A stretch of DNA of 64,000 nt from Epithemia pelagica (Eukaryota > Protista > Bacillariophyta): assembly GCA_946965045.2 (NCBI GenBank), contig OX337241.1:62001-126000 (forward strand). Reading direction: 5' to 3'. The notes below the pieces were generated by a model that did not search any database, was not told the origin of the DNA, and was given only the letters and a program-made list of their open reading frames with translations. The number at the start of each line of letters is the position of its first letter. The first letter of the stretch is position 1. The translations under genes were made by a program, and so were the position numbers. This document shows, in pieces, positions 10,151 through 21,014 of this stretch.

Positions 10151-12826
10151 TTATATTTCTGGCTTTCTTGATCTCCGTTCCAGAAACACTTGATACCGTT
10201 TTTGGGGCCTTGGACGTGTCGATGACTCTTGTTGATTGCATGTGTGCTTGGCAGTTTGGATTTTTCCAGCTTGCACCTTGTGGCCTCTCGTCCTCACCAA
10301 AGATTCCGCGAACATTTGGTACCTTTTCTTGGGTTGCTTGTTTGGATTGGGTATAGCTTCCTTCAGAAACGGTTCGTCAACTGTGGAAGGGCTTGTAGGA
10401 CTTGTTGGTTTCTTGTTTGGAGTGCTGATACAAGTTTCCTTTGGCGTTGGTTCGTTCCATGTCGAATGAGCTGTAGGATTCGTTTCAATCGCCCCTCCTC
10501 GTGGCTTCCAACTCGCGTAGTAATACTCTGGAGGAGGAGTATCATCATCCCAATCACCATACCATTCTCCATATACAGCCTTCCAAAGACGTTGACTATC
10601 CTTCATGCAAAACCACCAGTGGGGCGTGTTGTCAAGAGAACGATCGTACACCGAGTCATTATGGACCAATTTCGATCCTTGTCGAAGGATCCGGCAATCA
10701 TGGTTGTATTGTTCGATACCCATCAAAATATGCGTTTGCCAAATCAAGGCAATCTGATGGGTGGGAATCAAGGGTCGGCATGAAACGAAAGTCATATGGT
10801 GACGTGACGTCAAATATCGAAAGGATGATGAGGTGACATCAGCGATGGAACTCAGAACGACAAATTTTGTATACTGCGAAACGCCTTCTCGTAGAAAGGC
10901 GTTGTTCCGAAAAGCGGGCTTTGTGATGTACCATAAAAAGTTGCGGTGCCGTTTGGTACAGGCTACCAAATCCTCCATTGTGGACAACCCACTCCAATAC
11001 TTGTTGGACAGCGGTTTGGGATCCGTGTTGCGGACGGCTTGCTCCTCCACAAAGTCAAAGGGTGCCTGACACTCCAGAATCCGTCCAAATCGTTCATGGC
11101 AATACGCTTCGTAGCGATCCGGTAATAGTCGATGGCAATGCCACAACCAAGCAACGTCAGTTTCCGGAACCAGTACCCTATCAGATGGAGCCTTGTCGAC
11201 CAAGGGAATCCAATAATTGAGATAGCGGTCCAAGGCATCAACCGATGGGTCATGTAGTGTCACATCCGTACCATGAAGGCGCAGCAAAAAGTCCACGTAT
11301 TTCAAGGCCTGGGTGACCAACTCCGACTCCTCCCAGGGAGGAGATGAACCGGCCATGATTCGAATCCTTGCCGCTTCCTTCATCAAGTCAACATCGTTTC
11401 GATCATCTTCTGTTGTTTCTTTCTCCCATGCATCGCTCAGGGGTGTTTTCATCATTCTCTTGACGGCATTGGCTTTCCCTTTGAGGTTCACGTTGTCGGC
11501 GACCCCTGCAAGCGTCTGGACTTCTTCTGTTGATTCGTGGACGGTTGTCGTAGAGCAAGGTTTGTGGCGCTGGTTTGTAGGGTCGTTACTGCACCGTGCA
11601 GAGATCTCTGGCTTCCAGGAGCAATGATAATAGTCGGCCGGGGAACAGTCCCGATCCATGTCGCCTTGGTCCAACCCATAGTCTTCAACATACACGGCCT
11701 TCCAATGACGTTGCGTATCGTGCACAGATTGCGACCAATCGCTGGTGGCGCAAGAACGGACGTAGGCCAAATCGTTTGGAATCAGTTGGGTCGATCCGCC
11801 GCCTCCTCGATGAATACGACAGTCGAGATTGTAGTCGGCAATCCCCATTAGCATGTGCGTTTTCCAAATCCAGAGAATTGAATACGTGGGCACCAAGAAT
11901 ACTGGTTGGAGACTGGAACTCAGCGCCACAAATTTTTGATATTGCAACACGGCATCTCGCACAATATGCTCTTTATTTCCCTGAGCAAGGATATGCCGAA
12001 TATGCCATAAAAAGTCGCGGTGCCATCTTGTCGATGTGATTATGTACTTGATTGCCAAAGAGTCAATCGAACCCTCCTTGGTAGACCATGGGGTATTGTC
12101 CATGATGCTAATGTTGGAGGAAAAAAAGGGTTCCTTTGGAAAGGCTTTCTGCCAATATTCCCGAGCGAGACTATTGTGAACTGTTTCTTGATCCACAAAG
12201 TCAAAGGGTGCCTGGCATTCCAGAATGCGTCCATATTGTTGTCGACAATAGTCCTCGTAGCGGTTTGGTGACAGGCGATGACAATGCCACAACCAGGCAA
12301 TGTCGGCCGGAGGAATGAGGACAGTCTCGGATGGATATTTGCCGACCAAGGGGAGCCAGAAATGGAGGTAGCGGTTCAACGCATGGATGAAAGTGTTTTG
12401 CTGTAGAGTGACGCCCGTGGCATGTAACCGCTGTAAAAAGTCCACGTAGTTCAGGGCATTTCGAACCAGGGTGGATTCGACCCACGGCGGAGAGGAAACG
12501 GCGATCATTCGAATCCGTGCCGCTTCTGTACTGCCAAGATTGGTCGAACGTTCGTCCATGGTCTGATTTCCATTGTCATTGTTTGTTTTGTTTTTGTCAT
12601 TGTCGTGTTGGTAGTTGCGTGTGTTGTTCACACATTTTGTCGGCGGCCGAAATGGTTCGCGTTTGGAACGAAAATGAGAACCTCCATGACACGAATGACC
12701 GGATGTACTTGTTTCTGAACCATTGAAAAAGGAATTCAACTCTTTCGGATCAACCAGTAAGGAACTTGGTTGACGCCTACAATCTGTTCCCACATTTCTG
12801 CTTGTCTTGGAGTCATCGACCATCAT
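10151..12826 (-). CDS. GRDP-like/DUF1399 protein with two tandem modules, copy C (891 aa)
   Basis: ATG at 12826. Two full modules, each with EAARIR..PPW.ES, WLWHCHRL and IW.TH.LMG motifs. Confidence 0.88.
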   Translation of the reverse strand: MMVDDSKTSRNVGTDCRRQPSSLLVDPKELNSFFNGSETSTSGHSCHGGSHFRSKREPFRPPTKCVNNTRNYQHDNDKNKTNNDNGNQTMDERSTNLGSTEAARIRMIAVSSPPWVESTLVRNALNYVDFLQRLHATGVTLQQNTFIHALNRYLHFWLPLVGKYPSETVLIPPADIAWLWHCHRLSPNRYEDYCRQQYGRILECQAPFDFVDQETVHNSLAREYWQKAFPKEPFFSSNISIMDNTPWSTKEGSIDSLAIKYIITSTRWHRDFLWHIRHILAQGNKEHIVRDAVLQYQKFVALSSSLQPVFLVPTYSILWIWKTHMLMGIADYNLDCRIHRGGGGSTQLIPNDLAYVRSCATSDWSQSVHDTQRHWKAVYVEDYGLDQGDMDRDCSPADYYHCSWKPEISARCSNDPTNQRHKPCSTTTVHESTEEVQTLAGVADNVNLKGKANAVKRMMKTPLSDAWEKETTEDDRNDVDLMKEAARIRIMAGSSPPWEESELVTQALKYVDFLLRLHGTDVTLHDPSVDALDRYLNYWIPLVDKAPSDRVLVPETDVAWLWHCHRLLPDRYEAYCHERFGRILECQAPFDFVEEQAVRNTDPKPLSNKYWSGLSTMEDLVACTKRHRNFLWYITKPAFRNNAFLREGVSQYTKFVVLSSIADVTSSSFRYLTSRHHMTFVSCRPLIPTHQIALIWQTHILMGIEQYNHDCRILRQGSKLVHNDSVYDRSLDNTPHWWFCMKDSQRLWKAVYGEWYGDWDDDTPPPEYYYASWKPRGGAIETNPTAHSTWNEPTPKETCISTPNKKPTSPTSPSTVDEPFLKEAIPNPNKQPKKRYQMFAESLVRTRGHKVQAGKIQTAKHTCNQQESSTRPRPQKRYQVFLERRSRKPEI

Positions 12827-13010
12827 TCGTTCTTCTCATCTTTTGTTGAGTTGTCCGTGGGGTGCTTCAAGGTTCCTTGTGTTTCGGCCATGACCCGACA
12901 AACGAACGAATCCAGACAGACGAATGATATCGCTTCATGGTTGTCGGATCGTTTGGTTCTTGTTCCATTGTCCTCTTTTGGCTTGGTTCCTCGGGCATCC
13001 GACAGAACCT

Positions 13011-13032
13011 GTGTGTGTGTGTGTGTGTGTGT
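13011..13032. repeat. (GT)11 microsatellite
   Basis: Direct reading of the sequence. Confidence 0.9.
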
Positions 13033-13866
13033 GGGTGGGAAACGATTCTGTGAGAAACGAGATTGGGGTAGTCAAGACGACACGACACGACACGAACAGC
13101 ACATGTACGTACCGATGAAGGACCATGGATCCAAATTCATCATCCTTGAGTTGCAGCCGCATCTTGTTCCAAAGCTACAAGGCGGTAATCAAGGTTTTGC
13201 AGTCAATCAGTTTCATCATGTTGATCTTGTTGTTCTTGCTGTTGTTGTTGAAGTCGTTGCTGTGCGTTGGTGAAACGTTGTCTTGACGAGTGGTCGTTGC
13301 CAAAGATTGTGAGAGCTTTTTCCTCCTGGCTTTTCAACGACACTTGATTGTTTCGCCAACCCTTGCTAACTTGTCACTACAGAAAGTACTGCATGAGGTA
13401 TTTTTTTCGGCTATTCTTTGTTGTGGACGGACGAGAAGAGTTCTCGTTGGTACCAAACCGACCAATATTATAGATGATATAGAACCTTGCCAAGACGTGG
13501 AACACTCCCGAGACTTGGGGGTGGATGACAAGTCTTTCTTTCTTCCTTGGTCCTTAGAATCCATGTGTTTGTTATAAAGAATCCATCGCCTTGTTATACA
13601 GAAAGCCTGGTGAAATTCTCATTGGAACGTGGTCTTCGGTGCCTTCCGTTCTTTCCAAGCTTGAAATGTCGCAGGTTGCTATACAAGGCCGGTCCTGGCA
13701 GCGCAAGCTTCCAAGAACGAGTGAAATACGGCAGTTCGCATTCCATCCAATCTCCAGGAATGTCCCTCTCTTCCCTCCGAGGCCTGGTTGTAGACTGTAT
13801 TCGGAAGCACGGTTGTCAAGAAATCCGTTTGCGTCTTTGTTGTCTCGTCTTGCTCTCGTCGTTGGT

Positions 13867-14178
13867 CACTGCAACTCAAATCCATACTGAATAGGAATGG
13901 AATACAATATTCAGTTGATATTCTGAAGAAGGTTCCCCCAAATGTCACAACGGTTTTTTTTACATATTCAGTTGACGTAATTCCATATTCCGTTGAAAAT
14001 TCACCCGAACAGTTCTTTTTCACTTCAAAATCGACATTCAGTTGAAGCTACATCAAGAACTGTATATTTTACTCAGTTCTTATCGACAGGCATCTCCATG
14101 TGTTCGATTTTAACCAGTTGACCACACTAATTGAACTGTTTCACCTACACTATCAGTTGAAATGAACTGAATATTCCA
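13867..14178. repeat. Left TIR plus subterminal repeat array (ATTCAGTTGA-like)
   Basis: CAGTTG at 13912, 13969, 14039, 14115 and 14154; variant TTCCGTTGA near 13989; inverted copies (TGAACTG) near 14132 and 14163. Confidence 0.85.
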
Positions 14179-14206
14179 ACGAAAGAAAAACGCGACGACG
14201 ACGGCA

Positions 14207-14218
14207 CGAGAGAGAGAT

Positions 14219-14248
<30 letters not shown>
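14207..14248. repeat. Interrupted (GA)n tract just inside the left subterminal region
   Basis: gagagagagatgagagagagagagagagagaaagagaga. Confidence 0.9.
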
Positions 14249-14249
<1 letters not shown>

Positions 14250-14347
14250 TCACACACATATATACCCGAGAGACTGTCAATGAATGTCATCAATATACAT
14301 CTGTGTATCACATATATGTATATAATATCTTAGATGCTAAAGTATAT

Positions 14348-17130
14348 TCACTCTGTTTCGCCTCTCAATCTTTTAATTGATTTCCTGACCCTCGTACTCC
14401 TTGTCCCTGTCGTACTTTCTTTTGCCGCCGCCACCATGAGGTCATTGTAGCATTTGTAACAATACGCAAAGGTACATGTTTCCGTGTCCACAATTGCGTT
14501 CTTACAAGCCATCACCGGATTTCTCTGATTGATTTTCTTTCCATCACCACCAAACCTTACATTGCATTTCACACAATTCTTCGGCCAGATTTTCTTCTTG
14601 CTATAATATGATTCTGTGAAGTACGTCCCAATATCCTGTGGAATCAACAATGAAATATCTTTATGCGCACCCTGCGTGCAACATACTCCATCCTTTCTTT
14701 TTCGCTTACACGATTTAACATTCTTCTCACATCTCTTCTATACAACAACGAACACAATTCATTCTGAGATACGTCTTCAACATACAATCCAAGTGAATCT
14801 TTTGCCATCCTTACCTTTTTCGTCACTGGTTCCTCTTTACTGACATCATTTTCTTTCTCCTTACTCTGTATAGAAATAAAAAAGGAAAAGAACCATTCAT
14901 TAGAATAAATCCAGTATATGACAATAACACAGCAATAACGTGGGACACATGTCTTACCATTTCATTGTTTTGTTTGCTTATTGCATTCTTCTTGCATTCC
15001 TTTTGGTTGTCCCGCAACCCTCCATTCCCTAACACACTTGGATTCTGTGTTTCCAAAGGTACTATCGGATTCCCTCCTGATAATAGAGCACCATTACTGC
15101 TCGCATCCACTTCCTCGATAGAGTTGGCTTCAACATTGTTCTTATCCTTTTCGTTGTTTCCCGATGTCTCCAAATGAACACCATTGTTGCTCTCATTCCT
15201 TATTTCAATCGATTCAGATGGAGCATCATTGGTGCTCCTTTCCATTGTACTACCGGAATTTTGTAGAGCACCATTACTTCTCTCCCTCCTCTCTTGTTCT
15301 TCATCATAGGTTTGCACCCCACCTAGATCCTGCTCAATTTCCGTATTGCGGTCTGTCTCTTCTTGCGTGTCTTTCGAATTGTGTTGACATTCCATATCAT
15401 CCAACAACGGGGGCGACGTTGTAGTTTCATTCCCGTCCTCTTCATTGTCGTTGTCACAACTTTGCGAGTCATCATCGTCTTCTTCCATGTAATCCACTAC
15501 ACCCAACGGAATGATAGGTTGTCTAGGCTGCACTGACCCTCTGTAAGCATCACCATTTTGTTTTGTTATTGATCCATATGATCTTCCTGGCAATTCATGC
15601 ATGGTCTGTGGTTGCCTCCCACTTGCTATCGATCCATCGTTTCTTCCAGTCGACTCAGACAGGGAATTTGGCTGTCTCCCACTTGCTATCGATCCATGAG
15701 TAATTCCAGTCAACTCTGGCCTGGAATTTTGTTGCCTCCCACTTGCTATCGATCCGTGGGTTAGACCAGTCAACTCTGTCTGGGAATTGGGTTGCCTTTC
15801 ACTTGATATCGGTTCGTGGTTTCCATGGGTCAATTCAGGCATGGAATTTCGACGCCTCCCATGTTCAGGTGCATTAGTAATTCGATTCGATTGTCCTTCT
15901 TGATCCGTTAAATTGGAAATTTCAGCAGGATTTTTTTGCTGTACGACCAGATTCTTTCCCACAATATTTTTGTCCACTGGTCTTTCTTGCCGGGGTACGA
16001 AATGTTTTGCCCATAGCATACGAACACAATCCTGATTGATCGACACACCAACCTGTTCCGTCAAAAACTCACTCGCCTTCTCAAAGTCTGGAGTTGCACT
16101 GTTTATCTCGATGTCGGCGGTTTCCTCATCATCGCTAACGGACTGTGTTATCATTTTAAATAGGTAAGAACACAATCGGATCCAATTTAAATCAATAGCA
16201 TACACCACACAAAGTAATTACCTTGTCTGTTCTTACCACAACATAAAAACTCTGGGCTTCATTGTACTTGACTTTGTGTTCGTAGCTATTCTTCTTTCCT
16301 TGACCTTTTGTTAACGCCACACTCCATCCGGCGTTGCGGAGCATTGGCACCATCAGACTCGCTACAATTTGAGATTTGGCGGACCTCCCAACTGCCGAAA
16401 AACCACCCCTGTCTGTTGGACAAGACCTGGTTCGTTTTCCGTTGACATACTTGGGTTTTTGGATAGGAGTCAGAAACATCTTTTCTCTCAACATCCATTT
16501 ATCGATTGCTGTCGACAGCCAATGTCTGTCCTTATGGAACAAACGAACAAGTTCAAAGGCGAGAATCTGACTCTCCATAGTACTTTCCAGTTTGTTGAGT
16601 ATTGTTCGAAAATCCAAAAGCGAAGTAGGAAACGATGACTGCCCTGGGATCATAAGATTGAGATCCTTTGCACGCGAACGAATTCCATCCATGTACGTGC
16701 TGCAAATGAACATACGGAGGCTGTCCCGAATCTCCTTTATTTCCAAAAGCATAGCTTCTCCATCAGGTTCTGATTCTGTATCAGCAAGTCCATCTCTCGG
16801 ACGATTTTTGCGATACATCCACAACCTTGCCGCTTGTTCCGCAGTTTTTGGACCCACACCGATTTTACAATGGAAAAAGTTGCGGGGATATTCCAAGAAA
16901 TGCTCATTCATCACACTGTTCCCTGCTTCTGATACCTGATTTGCCGACACATTCCCACGAGCAACACTTGTCAAACGAGGTTCTGTATGGTTATGGCTGT
17001 CATTGTCATAACTTTGCTGTTCATCATGGTTACGATGTGAGATTGTAGAAACCGCTACCACACTTTCATTAGCATTCCTGATGGATTGAAGAGGAAGACC
17101 CCAATTGATTGAACCAAGTATAGACTGCAT
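14348..17130 (-). CDS. Multi-exon second gene of the transposon (about 810-845 aa) with a C-terminal Cys cluster; candidate TnpA-like accessory protein
   Basis: Exons 17130-16222, 16142-14958, 14865-14815 (or -14710) and 14635-14348 join in phase 0 through GT..AG introns (79 nt, 92 nt, and 179 or 74 nt). The last exon has CVKC...ACKN...CTFAYCYKC. The TnpA-like role is inferred from position only. Confidence 0.65.
15590..15865. repeat. Coding minisatellite, 60-bp unit (20 aa: NS..ELTG.THGSIASGRQP), about 4-5 degenerate copies
   Basis: CTCCCACTTGCTATCGATCC recurs at 15616, 15676 and 15736, with degenerate copies at 15796 and 15856. Confidence 0.9.
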
Positions 17131-17720
17131 CAAACAAAAACGTTTTTTAGACCAAGTAATATCCACCCATTGATATACATGAGGTTAAGACCAACACTCA
17201 CCATCGTTGTTCAACAACAAACACACAGATGTGTGTGGGGGTAACGACAATTTTTGGGACGAGAGACTCCTCCACATTCCAACTGTCATCCAATACCGTG
17301 TGGTACAGGATATTTGAATTTTTGTTAAAAAATATGTCCTTTTTTTGTCTGCTCAGAAAAATACTATGCATGTGGTTTACCTTGAGACACTAGGATTCAA
17401 AATTACATATACGATAACAAAAAATCCATAATCAATGATATGTCACACATGTGTCATTTCGGTATTGAACATAGATTCCACTATATCGGCTACTATAGTG
17501 CGACTGTTCTTGTAGAATATCTTTTTCCTCTCATTCATCGCGTCATTCTCTCGGAACGATCTTTTTTCTCATATCCATTCGTCGTCTCTCTCTTCTGTCA
17601 TCACAGGTCTCTCTCTTCCGTCAGAGCGTTGAATGCTTGCCAGAAATATTTGAGAGTAACAAGCACAGTCTCTATTTGCGGTTCAGATCGAATCATTTGT
17701 GATTTTTTGGGGGAGGGAAT

Positions 17721-20700
17721 ATGGAAACTATACAGATGGATTGTCCCCAATGTGGACGTCCAATATTCTGTGTCGCTTCATCTGAAACTCATTGCTTAAT
17801 GGATGGTTGCCTGTATGTTGGGGCCTGTACGAATCAAAAGGACTCCTGCACAAGATTGAACAAGACTGTTTATTGTTGTTCGTTATGTGCGATGGCACAA
17901 AAGCAAACCAGTTATTCCAGACCACGGGGTTATACATCGCAATGGAAATATATTGATCGCCATTGCGAGAGTATCTTCCACAAAAAACAGATACAGCTTC
18001 GCCAACAAGAGGTCCCATATGAACCAAAAGACACCGAAGATGTCTTCCAACAGATGGAGGGAAGTCAAGAGTCTGATTTGAATGTTATCAACGATTACGA
18101 ACAGAACCCAGACACTACAGCGTTGCCTACGCTCGAACAATTGTCTGCTATGGGATTTCATCCAGATTCAAGAACGCCAAGATTCCTTTACCACGAATTT
18201 CAACAAAAGGGATCAGGTGTGCGATACCTAACCGGTCAAGCTTTCTCTGTTGATCCAAACAAGGTTAGTCCAGAGGAGGCACAATTCTGTCTACAACTAT
18301 CTTCCTTGTTGGTTCAATTAACGGAACGACAGAGGGAAATGCTTTCAGAGGTACTCATGACTGCCGGCAACAACGGTAACCCCGCCTTAAGTATTTTCCA
18401 AACAATACGGCTGCCAACCACTACAGATGACTTTGATGCTTTCTTCTTATCGGGGAGAAAGGCTATTATACCCAACCTCCCACATCCCATTCCAAACGTT
18501 GTGGACAACGGTTCACATTCCTATGTCGGGTTGGTTGATTTGTAAGCAAATGAATTGGGTAAGGCATCATCTTTTGATGACTTTGAATTCTACACAAAGA
18601 TGACTCTTCGTCCCGATGAGGCAGTTCCAAGTGTATCCTGTACCCCAAGTGCTAAACGACTCATGATACAACTGAAGAGTACGTCGGAGACAGGTGATCA
18701 ATCATCTAACGAATTCGATATGTTCCTTTGGATAAGAGAATGGAGGGATGATTTTGATCCCAACAACACCAAGGCATCAAGAAATCAAGTGTGGTGCAAT
18801 ACCTACACAATATTGCCTCCCACCACAGAGTACTTGGCCGGTTCCAACACTTATTTCATGGGAGTTTCGGGTAAGGGGGATGATCATCGAGTGGTGGAAC
18901 AAATGATGTCGAATGAACTAGAACGTCTTTCAGAATCTCAAGTTGTTCTCTTCCATGGTGGATTACGGAAGAAAGTGAGGGTACATATTGGTAAACTCTA
19001 TGTTAGTGTCGATCGTCCAGAGAGGACAGCCATGTTCCAGATCGGAGATCACAATGGGTCCTATTCTACCTGTTGGGGTTACACAACTTTTGTCGACGGA
19101 ACACGGACAGTCAATCATTTACCCGCCTGTAATGACTGCCGGAAGAAAAGAATCTCTCGTTTATCATCAACGAACAATTCATAGGAAGCAACACCTGCAA
19201 CTGCTTGTTCGACATGTTGTGATTGGCGTCTTGAAGACACCAAAATGATATTCCTGGCTCCAAAGGAATATCCCTTATCGTATGATATGGCAGTTGATGC
19301 GCCACTACCACCACCCTTACGTGATTTATGGTTCCGTAAGGAAGAGATACAAGTTGAATCTTCCGAAGGTCTTGTCGATGCTACAGAAGGGGATGATAAT
19401 GAAATGAACAATGCCACGAGTACGGACCAACAGGTAATACCGGTCATTGATGAATCGATGGACGTTGGTAAGAAGAAAAAAAGGAGGAATAAGTCCAAGC
19501 CCAAACCAACACACAAGATATATCTACGTACTGTGAAACTTACCATTACCTGGTTGAAACAAGCCATATGTTTTGCTTACCATCAGATCAAGACAGTGAA
19601 ACCCAACGCTAGAAATCAACAAAAGTTCTGGACCAAAGGAAATTTCGTGTCGTTTTTAAAGACGTGCGGATGCACCAACAAGATTATTGATTCATTGTTT
19701 GCTCAAGCCGTCTCTAAAGAGACGGAAGTCAAAATTCCCGTGAGTTGGTATGATGTGGAGGCGCTTACAAGATGCCACTATGCACCGATGCATATGTTGT
19801 TTTTGGGTAATGCCAAAAGTAACATTGAAATGGTGTCCAGCTGGTTGGGCAAATGGAATAAACTTGCTACCTTTGGAAAACAAGCGAATCGCTATTTGCT
19901 TGCAATCCGAGCGTTGCGATGCACGAAATATTTTGCCTCGCAACCCTTGTCGACATCGACATGGGGAACTGGGGTTTGGGTTAGCGAAAACTACCTTTTT
20001 GGTAGTAGGCTATGGAAATTTCTGGTTTCCATTCCTGCCATATCCGATGACCGAAGTTTACGCAACAGAGAGTACAAGGACGAGTATCAGGCTATTATCA
20101 GGTTCATGTCATCGATGAATTTATGCTTTTCGAGAATCATGACAAACCGAACAGTGATACCACTTCTTCACGAGTATATCCTCTTGTATATGGATTGTAT
20201 GGTCAAAATAGACGACATTCTATTGCGTGCCGAGAAGCAAAAACGGAAAGCAAACTTCGTCAAGTCAAATTCTCTCGGAATGCTTTCCTGTGCGGTTGCC
20301 CATGACAACATGGGGCCGGCGCTATTACATTGGGAAGGTGGCTATTCCGGAGAACGCAAAATACAGCAAATGAAACCGTTGTTACATATCAAACGGAGTA
20401 ACATGGACTGGACGAGGATAACTATGCGAAAGCTGTATCAACAGGATACGCTTGAGTGGATGATGCAAAATATCCAGTCCGAATGCACACCGAAAACGAA
20501 TAACCGACAAGTCAACTCGTTACTCAAAATATACAAGAACAGGGACGAATTACTTCAGGCAATAACACGCAATGATGTGTTGTGTGGGTTTGTTGGTACG
20601 GATGGTGAAGTTCACCTCGCTTACAGACCTGTTGGTGAAGAAAGTGGTAATACAAGAGTTCAAGTGAAGACACTCATGATAGAATTCCGTGACGATGAGG

Positions 20701-21014
20701 GGTGCTATACAACATCAAAGTGCTGGGTAGCCCCAATTCGTGCAACCACAAACACAGTGGTCTACAAATCCCTGTCGGACCTACTGCAAGAATTCATTGC
20801 TGAAGTCATTTTGTTACTGCCACAGATATCGACAGAATCCGACGAACACATGAACTCTTACTACTGTCTGGGAAATCATTGGAGAGAGCGTACGTCCACT
20901 GGTTTTTTTGATCTGCTTCTCTCAATGACGATGTGTTCCGAATATAAGACTGATCTACAAAGGATAAAGTTGTTGGCAATGAATCTCATTAGATGTTGTG
21001 TAATCTACACTTAG
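17721..21014 (+). pseudogene. CMC-type DDE transposase (about 1,097 codons) interrupted by in-frame TAA (18543-45) and TAG (19182-84)
   Basis: ORFs 17721..18545, 18555..19184 and 19245..21014 share one frame. N-terminal Cys/His clusters (CPQC...CSLC...H..S..H), WRDDFDPN (first D), VDRPER (second D), CxxC...CxxC insertion, MHMLFLG..K, and GERKIQQMK (E). These resemble CACTA/CMC catalytic-core motifs. Confidence 0.75.
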
